DNA from: a candidate division WWE3 bacterium RAAC2_WWE3_1
GTDB taxonomy: Bacteria; Patescibacteriota; WWE3; UBA101185; UBA10185
Reading direction: 5' to 3'
NCBI GenBank assembly: GCA_000503835.1
Contig: CP006914.1
Span: forward strand, 379,909-443,908
DNA: 64,000 nt
Position numbers and translations under genes: made by a program. The notes under the pieces are model-generated. The model was given only the letters and a program-made list of their open reading frames with translations. It did not search any database and was not told where the DNA came from. Shown piece by piece: positions 48,912 to 57,837 of this stretch; positions within the stretch are counted from its first letter, which is position 1, and every line of letters starts with the position of its first letter.

Positions 48912-49436
48912 CTAATAGCTCCTGATAGTAACCGCGTTAAGTATATCCGAATACTCGCCGCTATTTCCTGACACCGGTGCAAATCTTATGTGCATCTTCA
49001 CCGTTTGTGGGGTAGTTCCCACAACGGAGAAACATGTGCTACCTGTCAACATACAGGAAACAGCCACGCCACCGGTACCAAAGCTGCTGGTCAGGTCCAC
49101 GGCGGCTGCACCGGTGGGGTTTTCTACCTGCAACTTATTTCCATTAAGTTTATAGGTGACGCTAGCACTTCCTTCTTTTGAAATAGTGAGAGTATTGGTG
49201 TATCCTACTGAGGTAATGCCCGTAGCGCTGCGTAACTCACGTTCAATCTTTAGTCCCACAAAATTTGCCTGCTGTTCAACTTCATTTTTTATCTGAGTCT
49301 TATTGTAACTGCGAACAAGGGAAACCAGTATATCGTTCGTCACCCCAATGGATATTCCCAAAAGAGCAATAACTACCAACAACTCCACAAGGGTAAATCC
49401 TTTATTTTCTTTTTCCAAAGTTGCCCTGATTTTCAT
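48912..49436 (-). CDS. Type IV minor pilin (PilW-like)
   Basis: G/FTLVELL; ATGA-coupled start at 49436. Confidence 0.85.
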   Translation of the reverse strand: MKIRATLEKENKGFTLVELLVVIALLGISIGVTNDILVSLVRSYNKTQIKNEVEQQANFVGLKIERELRSATGITSVGYTNTLTISKEGSASVTYKLNGNKLQVENPTGAAAVDLTSSFGTGGVAVSCMLTGSTCFSVVGTTPQTVKMHIRFAPVSGNSGEYSDILNAVTIRSY

Positions 49437-49915
49437 TTTTGTTGCCAATTCGTAAAATCGGTATATACAAATGTTTCTTTGTTCTGACCGCCGACACTCC
49501 ACGCAGACTGCACTGTGACCTGGATGGCCGTGCTAACGGGCGCGGCGTAAAAACGTGTGAGGATGGGTGTGCCCCCGGCGGCTGTCGGTACACTTCCGGC
49601 TTTTACAACTAACGGATCCGCATTAATATCTATATAACACCCGCCCAACGCCGGCGTACATCCGGATGTCGTACTAACAAAAGTTGCCCAGCTGGTTGCT
49701 GATTGATCCCTGTAAGCCCGGACTAACTCCATTTGTGTATTGGCAGCTTTTGTACCTTCCATCAATAAAGTACTCTGCAACGATGTCCTTAACGAAAACA
49801 GGGTGAGGGAGAGTAGAGAAGTAATTACCACAACCGAAATACCCAACGCCGCTATTACTTCCACAAGTCCTATCCCTTTTTGTTCTTTCAAAAAATTTTT
49901 TAAAGTTTGCCGCAT
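49433..49915 (-). CDS. Type IV minor pilin (PilV-like)
   Basis: G/IGLVEVI signal; A..QMELVR. Confidence 0.8.
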   Translation of the reverse strand: MRQTLKNFLKEQKGIGLVEVIAALGISVVVITSLLSLTLFSLRTSLQSTLLMEGTKAANTQMELVRAYRDQSATSWATFVSTTSGCTPALGGCYIDINADPLVVKAGSVPTAAGGTPILTRFYAAPVSTAIQVTVQSAWSVGGQNKETFVYTDFTNWQQK

Positions 49916-49920
49916 AGTTA

Positions 49921-50469
49921 CTAATTTGAATTGAATATCAACCCGGCTTTATTAATTAGTATGTTTTTGACTGTTGCTGTATCCGACGAATGCCGAAGGC
50001 TTATAGTGGTATCCGGTATAGGAACAGTTAATCCGGTAGTAGCATTTCTCTCAAAAACCGAACCGTCTTCTAAACTGAATAGGAGACAATGTGCGCCGGA
50101 TGAAACAATCGAAATGCCGGACGAAAGTGTTACTGTCTGCTGGAGTGTTGCGTTAACAGTACAGCTGTTGGAAGCAGTTAAGTAAAAGCTGTATGTTCCA
50201 TTAGAACCTGCTACGTCGGAATATAGAACAGCCCAATAAAGAGCGGGGTTGCCGTTTATCAAAGTGTCTGCCCCTGTTCCCGTCAGCGCCCTATTTTGTG
50301 CACTCCTCAAGTCGCTTTTCAAATTTTCCTGCGCCTGCTTTAAAGTTTGGTTTCTGGTGTAACCGGAAAAAGAGGGAATCATTATCCCTGAAACTACCGC
50401 AAGAATACCTACAACAATCATTAACTCCACCAATGTAAATCCTTTACTAGCCGAGCGGGGCAGTTTCAT
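49921..50469 (-). CDS. Type IV minor pilin (FimT/GspH-like)
   Basis: G/FTLVELM; LKSDLRSAQNRA. Confidence 0.85.
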   Translation of the reverse strand: MKLPRSASKGFTLVELMIVVGILAVVSGIMIPSFSGYTRNQTLKQAQENLKSDLRSAQNRALTGTGADTLINGNPALYWAVLYSDVAGSNGTYSFYLTASNSCTVNATLQQTVTLSSGISIVSSGAHCLLFSLEDGSVFERNATTGLTVPIPDTTISLRHSSDTATVKNILINKAGLIFNSN

Positions 50470-50490
50470 ATATAAATACTAGCACAAAAA

Positions 50491-50982
50491 TTATGGTGTA
50501 ATCAGCAGTAAGTTGACGCCCATCTCATATTTTGCGGGATCGTTGCCGCCGTCGGAAGAAGCTTCCTCGGTTAATTGCTCTAAACGGGTGCTGATCTCGT
50601 AGCCTGCAGTGTTGTGGATATACTCATAATGGTATGTCGTATCATTTATAGGATCGGTGGGATATTTTGATATGTAATCGGAGAGATCTACCGGAATCCA
50701 ACCCGCCACAGCCGAGTATATATTCGGCGATCCTGTGGGAACTATATCGCTCGTGTACAAAAAACTTTCCTGCCCGGGATATTGACCGTAATCAAGTTTG
50801 TATTCATTAACGGCCCTGTCTAAAGTTGAGACGTCTGATAATCTTTTGTTATCACGGGCTTTGCCTTTTGAAGAAGCCGGGGATATAAGTGAAATGACGG
50901 TACCCATGAGTACCAGTAAGACTGCCGTAACGATGGCTATCTCCAGAAGAGTGAATGCGTTTGTATCAACGAACCTTTTCAT
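50491..50982 (-). CDS. Type IV pilin (GspG-like)
   Basis: A/FTLLEI; KARDNKRLSD..YP..PTDP. Confidence 0.85.
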   Translation of the reverse strand: MKRFVDTNAFTLLEIAIVTAVLLVLMGTVISLISPASSKGKARDNKRLSDVSTLDRAVNEYKLDYGQYPGQESFLYTSDIVPTGSPNIYSAVAGWIPVDLSDYISKYPTDPINDTTYHYEYIHNTAGYEISTRLEQLTEEASSDGGNDPAKYEMGVNLLLITP

Positions 50983-50984
50983 GA

Positions 50985-51512
50985 TTAAAAAGGGTTTTGG
51001 ACGGCGTAACAGTTAGTATTGGTACCACAATTACACCATGACGCAAAAGTACAGGCAGAAACAGCACTGCATCTTGAAGTGATGGATGCATCTATTTCCA
51101 TACGGGCTATTAAAGCATATCTCGAGGCAGTTGCTCTATAACTGTAGCCATAGGCAGCATCTGCGCAACCCGCAAAAACATCGGTACCCTGAGACGGGTC
51201 CACAGGTAATTGACTTATATAACTTGTAGGGGATATGAGAGCTCCTAAACCTGTGGTTGCATTATTGACACTTGCCGAAACGAAGGCTGCACTTGGGACC
51301 GGATAACTACGTTTGTCCGTAAAATATAACTCTAAGGCTGTTTGTATCCTTTTTAAATCAGATACCCTCTGCGAGTCACGGGACTTCTGCCTGACACCCT
51401 GAACATTTATTGCATTTAAAACAACACCACTTAGAATACCTATTACGCTTATAACTATTAGAAGCTCTATTAAGGTGAATCCTAAATTGGTTTTTTTGTT
51501 TTTAAAATTCAT
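50985..51512 (-). CDS. Type IV pilin (GspG-like)
   Basis: G/FTLIELL; KSRDSQRVSDL..ALELY; Cys-rich C-terminus. Confidence 0.88.
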   Translation of the reverse strand: MNFKNKKTNLGFTLIELLIVISVIGILSGVVLNAINVQGVRQKSRDSQRVSDLKRIQTALELYFTDKRSYPVPSAAFVSASVNNATTGLGALISPTSYISQLPVDPSQGTDVFAGCADAAYGYSYRATASRYALIARMEIDASITSRCSAVSACTFASWCNCGTNTNCYAVQNPF

Positions 51513-51524
51513 GGTGTTGCAAAA

Positions 51525-52067
51525 TTAAAGACAAGACGCCCCTGTCGAAGCCAGGTTACATACCTGTCCCCCCGCACCAAGGTCATTTCCAGTTGCAGAA
51601 CCGTTGCAGGTAGCTGCGATCGGACAATCCAATACAACCCCGCCACACTCAGGTTTGCCGCCGGTATACGAAGCGTTATGGGGAGACACAAATTTGTAAA
51701 GCCTGCTCTGTGAATTTAAAACGCCCACGCAGAAGAAATTTATATTACCCTCCGTCATCGTATAGTAAACATACTGAGAACCGGGCCAGGAGTTTAGATA
51801 AGTCGACAGCATAGGATTGACAAGAACATTTGTATCAGGAACACCCGCACTACTGACGGGATACTTACCCTCACCGGCATAGTAAGCTTCGATTGCGGCA
51901 GCAACATTCTGTAAGTTCGATATCTTTACACCATCCTGAGCCCTTTCCCTTTGTTTTGTAGGATTTATAACTGCCACAGTTATACCAGCCAATATCCCTA
52001 TAATAGAAATTACTAAGAGTAATTCAACTAAAGTGAGTCCCTGATTTTTATAATTGTAATTTTTCAC
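51525..52067 (-). CDS. Type IV pilin
   Basis: G/LTLVELL; INP..RAQD; Cys-rich C-terminus. Confidence 0.88.
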   Translation of the reverse strand: MKNYNYKNQGLTLVELLLVISIIGILAGITVAVINPTKQRERAQDGVKISNLQNVAAAIEAYYAGEGKYPVSSAGVPDTNVLVNPMLSTYLNSWPGSQYVYYTMTEGNINFFCVGVLNSQSRLYKFVSPHNASYTGGKPECGGVVLDCPIAATCNGSATGNDLGAGGQVCNLASTGASCL

Positions 52068-52082
52068 GATATTTTAAAAACT

Positions 52083-52108
52083 TACCGGGCTCAATAAAGA
52101 GCCCGGAA
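52083..52108 (-). terminator. Terminator after the pilin gene at 52122..52685
   Basis: CCGGGCTC/GAGCCCGG stem with a minus-strand T-tract. Confidence 0.7.
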
Positions 52109-52121
52109 GTATATAACCTAA

Positions 52122-52685
52122 CTAAGGCGTCACACAGTTCGCGGGAGGCGATGCGGTATCACAATGCTGGATTTGTCCTGCTGCAGTACCATTGTTCATG
52201 TATCTGAACACAGTAGTTCCGGCACCAAACGATTTAGCGTAAATCGTAAAATTGGGGCTCGAGGCGGTCCCCATGTAGCGGTACAAACACGTGTTACCGG
52301 AACCCGGAGCTGTTGAACCCGTGTACCCGTTCACCGCACCGCAAGTATCTGGTAGTTGATTTCCCGTAACAATAAAGTCACAAGTGTAATCCGCACCACC
52401 GGCAGCACAGCTGGCATTAGGCGAAGAGGCTGAGGCCGAAAGTCCGGAAATAAACTGTACATCGTTAGGAGAGTTACCATACGCTGAAATATACCCCTGC
52501 GTAGCAAGAGCCACTTTGTTTATTGTAGCCTTAACATTGGCATCCCTGGCCTTACTTTGTTGGGCTTGGGGATCTATAACAGCAATCAAAACACCGGCTA
52601 AAATACCGATGATAACGATAACCAATAAAAGCTCGATAAGTGTAAAACCCGAAGCAGAAATCATTCTCTTTCTCAATTCTTTCAT
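52122..52685 (-). CDS. Type IV pilin, candidate major pilin
   Basis: G/FTLIELL; strong SD; own promoter and terminator. Confidence 0.88.
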   Translation of the reverse strand: MKELRKRMISASGFTLIELLLVIVIIGILAGVLIAVIDPQAQQSKARDANVKATINKVALATQGYISAYGNSPNDVQFISGLSASASSPNASCAAGGADYTCDFIVTGNQLPDTCGAVNGYTGSTAPGSGNTCLYRYMGTASSPNFTIYAKSFGAGTTVFRYMNNGTAAGQIQHCDTASPPANCVTP

Positions 52686-52766
52686 CTGCTTCTCACCCCC
52701 CTCCTTCTATCTAATCCAATTCCAGATTTTAAAATTAACTTGGGCAGTTTATACATCTCTTCTTAA

Positions 52767-52795
52767 ATTATGACTTCGCCCATAATGAGTGTCAA
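52767..52795 (-). promoter_or_regulatory. Sigma70 promoter
   Basis: TTGACA-17 nt-CATAAT on the minus strand. Confidence 0.7.
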
Positions 52796-52831
52796 TACGA
52801 TTCCGCCTTTATCGGGCAGGCTTTGAATAAA

Positions 52832-53710
52832 CTAGGGCACATCGTTGTTCGAAAATATTGCGTAGTCAAAAAATGCAGGGGCTGTATTGTAAGATCTGTA
52901 GACCACGATTGCCTTTGTGGTTTTAATGTCTCCATCCTGAACAAGCTCTCCCCTTGAATACAATCTGTACCCCTGAGCCGGTAGAGAAGAGGGGCTCACG
53001 GGGACGACTGCAACTTTTGAACCCTGAAAGATACTCCTGACTCTGAGCCCGGTCATGCCTGTAACCGACACATTGTGACAATAGGGAAGGGGATACCCCT
53101 CGCGGATAGCCTCGCCTTTGGCATCCGTAAAACCGGTTGAGGATATGTCGGTGCTAAAAACCAAATTTCCCGAAGCTTTTAAAAAATTTCGGGTCGTCGT
53201 AACCGGTCCGTACAAAATATATTCTATTGCGGAGCTGCTATTCTGCCAGCACAGTCTTATCGAGTTCATGCCGGTCAACTCGATATTCTTGGTCTGACCT
53301 GACGGAATATCGGTTTCGTAGTATGCGGTGCTACCCATAATATCCGTGTGGCTGAAAGTTTTAGCGCTCAACACCGCTCTTGACTCAGCGTTGTCGGACA
53401 CGGCTTTTTGATAATTCAGGACACATCTGGTTGTATCGCCGGGGATTGAAGAAAAACCCATTTCCTGACAATTTGGGTTTTTAGCTGAAAGCCTGTCTAA
53501 AAGCTGTTCGGACTGCGCAAGTAGTCTGTCTATACCGCCTTCGGCGGCAGCGAACACTCTGGCGGATGTGTCAGACCTGGAGACCCGTGAAGACACCTGC
53601 AGCGTTCGACTGCTCACTGCAACTCCCACGGACAGAGCTATGGTCATCGCAACAACAACGAATAATAGAGCCTGACCATTGTTATTTAATTTCCTAAATT
53701 GTCCTTTCAT
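52832..53710 (-). CDS. PilX-like minor pilin (paralog of 48079..48900)
   Basis: G/QALLFVV; AAAEGGID; shared C-terminal APAFFDYA. Confidence 0.75.
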   Translation of the reverse strand: MKGQFRKLNNNGQALLFVVVAMTIALSVGVAVSSRTLQVSSRVSRSDTSARVFAAAEGGIDRLLAQSEQLLDRLSAKNPNCQEMGFSSIPGDTTRCVLNYQKAVSDNAESRAVLSAKTFSHTDIMGSTAYYETDIPSGQTKNIELTGMNSIRLCWQNSSSAIEYILYGPVTTTRNFLKASGNLVFSTDISSTGFTDAKGEAIREGYPLPYCHNVSVTGMTGLRVRSIFQGSKVAVVPVSPSSLPAQGYRLYSRGELVQDGDIKTTKAIVVYRSYNTAPAFFDYAIFSNNDVP

Positions 53711-53711
53711 A

Positions 53712-55850
53712 TTAATTTTCCGTCTCACGCACGTTTTCAAATTCGTACCTGACATCGAAAACTTCAAGCCCGGTCTTTATGCCTCTTTCCGAATTGTATT
53801 TTATAAATTTTGTAACCTTGTCCAGAAGATCCAAAGGATAATTGACCGCCGTGGCAGGATGTGTATTGTTGCCAAGCCCCAGGTCGCGCAGCATCTGCAG
53901 TCCTTTGTTCAACGAACCGCCCGGTTTGGTGTTTATCAAAGATCCGTTAAAGACGATCGGATCGTCAGGAGAGACCTCAGTATAATCACTGCCTACCTCG
54001 ATACCGGTAGAAGAAATAATAACCGCCTCGACCTGTGGGGGAGTATCGGGGTTAAATGTGGAAAGGGGAGTGGAAAGCGACGGGTCTATCTTTACATGAG
54101 CTTTGGTTATGATTACGACATTTCCGGGCGCAGTTGTGACACCCAGGGGAGCGGCGGTACTTTTGATAGGGCTGTCTATAATAAGGGTATCCGACGGGTT
54201 CCCTTCTACGTAAACAAACGCTACGGCGGGGGAATTGCTTACTCTATAACCTCCGGTGAATTGTCTCGGGGAGTCGTAGGGCGATGGTATGGGTGTTAAG
54301 TAACTGGTTCCGGTCAAGGGAAAATAGTAAAGACCCGAGCTGCCGTTAAAATCAGCAACACTCATTTTATGTACACCCGGCCTTATCTGGCCACCCAGGT
54401 TCGTCAGGGTTCGGGCGGTGTCCGGTATCTTTATGTCCAATCTTTCGGAAACAACCTCTTCCTCCCCGATATTTTTAGCATACCCGCCGCCGGTGCCCTC
54501 AGAAATGTCCGGGGGAAACGGGGAGTTACGCATGGACAATGCGTAGATATTACTTCCTAAACTGAGTTTGTTAAGGTTCAGCATACCGCCGTAGAACTTT
54601 TTTTCCTTCGTTTGGGTCATTGCGGTCTCGGAAGAACACGGACCGGGGTTTGTGAAAGTTCTTGAAAAGGCATCACCGTCTACAACGGCAACCCAGGGAT
54701 CTTTTTTAATCTTGGACATCTGCAGGGTAGTAGTTTGCGTTGTCAAAGTGGTGGTTTGATTAATCGTAATGCAGTTCTGTTGAGTGTCGTATTTTGTACT
54801 ATCTGCACACCGAACACTATATGTCTGACACATATCTTCTGAATAAGACGGACATAGCTGGATTGTTTTCGACGGAGAATAACTAAGGGTCATCTTAACC
54901 TGACCGTTCGCGTCCGTAATATAAGATAAATTTGTGGTGGGCTCGTACACAGATGCTTTGGGCAATACTCTAATAGATGTGCCCGGACATGCGTTGGTGT
55001 CATATAATGTTTCCTTGACGGTAACGGTCAGTTCCATTTTAGTTACGTTCGTAAAAATGTAAGTAGCAGAGGTGTTGGTTTCTGTCCCATTATCAGAAAT
55101 AACATACCAGCTATATGTTCTATTCACAGAAGTATCCAGTGCATAGGTAATTTCCGTCGTAGGGTCCAAAATATTTCCCCCTTGTTGGACAAAACCGACC
55201 CCGTCCCCCTTATCGACATACACCCTATAAATTTTTGACTCATCTCCTGTGCAATTTTCGCCCCAACCTGCAATAGCATTCCAGTCTAAAACTACCGTTC
55301 CGGCGTTTTGAAAAGAAGTTCCGTTTGCGGGACTCTGCAGAGTAACCTGATCGGGAGCGGTGTCTGTACAGATAGAACCACCTGCGCAGTATTCGCATTT
55401 GTCGTCCGGATTAATATAAATACGGTTGTTTATGGCATTTTCAGGACACGTCGGGCTGAGTCTCTCCTTGCATTTCGGGGAGAACCAACATAAACCCTCA
55501 TCCAAACACTCAGTCCTCGTCCTAGGCCAGGCATCGTCCGTTTCAGTAGATGTTTTAGGGCATGCGCCCGGAGTCTTCTCGGTGCATACCCCCACCGCCC
55601 CATACCAACACCCGTTATTGGATTTCTGACAATCATCGCTCGGACAGCCATTAGCATAACAGCACATGTCATCGTACCCTCCTGTTAGCGGGGAAGAGTC
55701 ACAAACCCACCAACCGGAGCGGCATTCTCCGACAGAACAGGTGGCTGCATAGGTTTTATTAGAGTAGAGTGCACCAAAAAATATAACAAACGCCGTAACT
55801 AACAGGGCTGTGGTTTTTAGGTTGTACTTAAATATGCTCAGGTTTTTCAT
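53712..55850 (-). CDS. Large exported Cys-rich protein, candidate pilus-associated adhesin
   Basis: Signal peptide, Cys-rich N-terminal region, FN3-like segment (LQSPANG..LDWN..YSWYV); ATGA-coupled start at 55850. Confidence 0.65.
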   Translation of the reverse strand: MKNLSIFKYNLKTTALLVTAFVIFFGALYSNKTYAATCSVGECRSGWWVCDSSPLTGGYDDMCCYANGCPSDDCQKSNNGCWYGAVGVCTEKTPGACPKTSTETDDAWPRTRTECLDEGLCWFSPKCKERLSPTCPENAINNRIYINPDDKCEYCAGGSICTDTAPDQVTLQSPANGTSFQNAGTVVLDWNAIAGWGENCTGDESKIYRVYVDKGDGVGFVQQGGNILDPTTEITYALDTSVNRTYSWYVISDNGTETNTSATYIFTNVTKMELTVTVKETLYDTNACPGTSIRVLPKASVYEPTTNLSYITDANGQVKMTLSYSPSKTIQLCPSYSEDMCQTYSVRCADSTKYDTQQNCITINQTTTLTTQTTTLQMSKIKKDPWVAVVDGDAFSRTFTNPGPCSSETAMTQTKEKKFYGGMLNLNKLSLGSNIYALSMRNSPFPPDISEGTGGGYAKNIGEEEVVSERLDIKIPDTARTLTNLGGQIRPGVHKMSVADFNGSSGLYYFPLTGTSYLTPIPSPYDSPRQFTGGYRVSNSPAVAFVYVEGNPSDTLIIDSPIKSTAAPLGVTTAPGNVVIITKAHVKIDPSLSTPLSTFNPDTPPQVEAVIISSTGIEVGSDYTEVSPDDPIVFNGSLINTKPGGSLNKGLQMLRDLGLGNNTHPATAVNYPLDLLDKVTKFIKYNSERGIKTGLEVFDVRYEFENVRETEN

Positions 55851-56377
55851 GGCCGTTCTTTCACAATGATACAGTCCGGTCCAAGAATACTGCAATCATC
55901 ATTCTTACATTTTGTAAACACCATATCTCCGACTATAGCTGTCTTCATAAAATCAAATCCGGAAGATATAAATATCTGGTTTATATTTGTAAATGCTGCA
56001 GTTCTGTCGGAAGAACATTCAAAAGACCGGTCCGACTTGATTCCTGAATCCGTAACGGTAACTCGGCCTGTGTTTAAATCCAAAATATTATCTATAACAA
56101 AAAGCTTGTAGTTATTAAAAATTTCTGCCCGTTTCTCAGGATTGCTGTTGTAATCACTAAATTCTTCAGACCCTTTGTTTTGCTTGTTTACACCGGGATA
56201 CCGCCCGACATTGGGATCTACCACATACGACTCGTCAAAATATATGGAAAATCGGGAATCTTCCCGGGTCCCGGCACTTTTTCGGACAAGGCTGTTCTCA
56301 AAGAAACGGCTCACAAAATACATTCCCAAGCCTATGAGAATCAAAATCATGAGCAGCAAGATCTTTTCTCTCTTCAC
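55847..56377 (-). CDS. Membrane-anchored hypothetical protein
   Basis: N-terminal TM, 4 Cys; coupled to the downstream gene. Confidence 0.7.
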   Translation of the reverse strand: MKREKILLLMILILIGLGMYFVSRFFENSLVRKSAGTREDSRFSIYFDESYVVDPNVGRYPGVNKQNKGSEEFSDYNSNPEKRAEIFNNYKLFVIDNILDLNTGRVTVTDSGIKSDRSFECSSDRTAAFTNINQIFISSGFDFMKTAIVGDMVFTKCKNDDCSILGPDCIIVKERP

Positions 56378-56476
56378 TAGTTAATTATATGAAGATTATC
56401 AAGGTTAGGTCAATGAAAAAGAAGGGGGTCGGTTAAAGTTACATTTAAACCGACCCTTAAGTAAAAGTTCCTTAAA

Positions 56477-57238
56477 CTACTTGTGACTTTCTACCCAACC
56501 GGGAAAGATATCGGGGCGGGACAGGATGAGCGAATACTCTTCCGCGGTAACCGGTATGATCTTCAGAGGATCGGGCGGTAAATCATCCGGAAAATTAAGC
56601 CCGTATTCCGAAGCCACGTTCTGCATGAACTTTGTTTCGTGCACCCACTCCCAAACAGAAGTCGGGTTGTACACCGACCAGTTAACGTCCGGGTCTATGA
56701 ACGGGCCGTTGTACGGGTAGAGCATGTATGCGTAGGACGTAGACACGTTTGAACCCTTTGCAAATTTATAGAAATTTGCAAGAAACAAGTAGTTACCGGG
56801 GGTTACGGTTCTCTTAGGCTGGTAAATTCCGATAACACATGAATCGGGTTTGTTTACAACAGCGTTCGCCACACCGTTCAAGCCGTTCCCGCAGACGGAG
56901 GTCTCGTAGTTCCATCCCAGGTTTATCCGCAAAAACTCGAGCTGTGAACCGTAAAATGTATACCCACTTAGCGGTGTAGCAGACAGTACCGGAGTCCGGG
57001 TTGCTGTCGATGTGGCGGTACTGGAAGGAACTGGTGTACTTGAGGGAACCTGCGTACCCGTCGGAACCGGAGTAAATTCTATCGTATTTGTTGCACTAGC
57101 AACTAAAGTCACACCCGTGACCTCTACAGCTTCCGGCTTCGGAAGAGTCCCCGATATCCCCGACCACGCTACCACACCAATGACTACAGCAACGAGCAAA
57201 ACAGCAACTCCAACCGGAAAGAACCGTTTTTTGTCCAT
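56477..57238 (-). CDS. Membrane-anchored protein with Thr/Pro-rich linker
   Basis: TM, TPVPTGTQVPSSTPVPSSTATSTATRTP linker, AGGAGG SD, hairpin at 56425-56458. Confidence 0.75.
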   Translation of the reverse strand: MDKKRFFPVGVAVLLVAVVIGVVAWSGISGTLPKPEAVEVTGVTLVASATNTIEFTPVPTGTQVPSSTPVPSSTATSTATRTPVLSATPLSGYTFYGSQLEFLRINLGWNYETSVCGNGLNGVANAVVNKPDSCVIGIYQPKRTVTPGNYLFLANFYKFAKGSNVSTSYAYMLYPYNGPFIDPDVNWSVYNPTSVWEWVHETKFMQNVASEYGLNFPDDLPPDPLKIIPVTAEEYSLILSRPDIFPGWVESHK

Positions 57239-57392
57239 CTCCTCGCCTCCTTTTCTCTCTCAGATTATTTGACTTTATTTGGGATAATTGCTCTTAAAGA
57301 CTAACTGCAAAATAGCATAAAAAGGCCTGCGGTACAACTTAAGGCACATTAATTGAAAATACCGGTCGAGCAAAACGGAGTCTTATTTTAGA

Positions 57393-57776
57393 TTAAACGC
57401 CCGAAAACCTTCCCACTTCCTCAACAACCTTATCGGGATTCACTTCGGATTTTATCAGGTAGCCGTCGGCGCCAAGCTTAAAAGCTTCCTGAATAATGTG
57501 CTCACTGTTCAGGTTGGTAAGAACAACCACAGGGCCTTTTTTCAACTCCGGTGTTTCCTTAAGGTCCTTCAATATCTTAAGACCGTCCTTACCCGGAAGC
57601 ATTATATCCAGGAGCAGTATGCTCCAGTCGGAATTTTTAATCTTGTCTCCTCCAATCTCCCCGTTAGGAGCTTGGTCAACCACATAACCCGCATTTTGCA
57701 GGACTTCCGCATAGATGGTTCTAATATCCTGCTCGTCCTCAATTATTAGTACTTTGTTTTTTGTTTTATCAGGCAT
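57393..57776 (-). CDS. Single-domain response regulator receiver
   Basis: IIEDE, LLDIMLP..DG, LTN, YLIK. Confidence 0.93.
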   Translation of the reverse strand: MPDKTKNKVLIIEDEQDIRTIYAEVLQNAGYVVDQAPNGEIGGDKIKNSDWSILLLDIMLPGKDGLKILKDLKETPELKKGPVVVLTNLNSEHIIQEAFKLGADGYLIKSEVNPDKVVEEVGRFSGV

Positions 57777-57837
57777 AAGTTATTTATAACACACCCTGCT
57801 ATAGTCAACAAACAAATTTTCTAGTTTAATATACATA

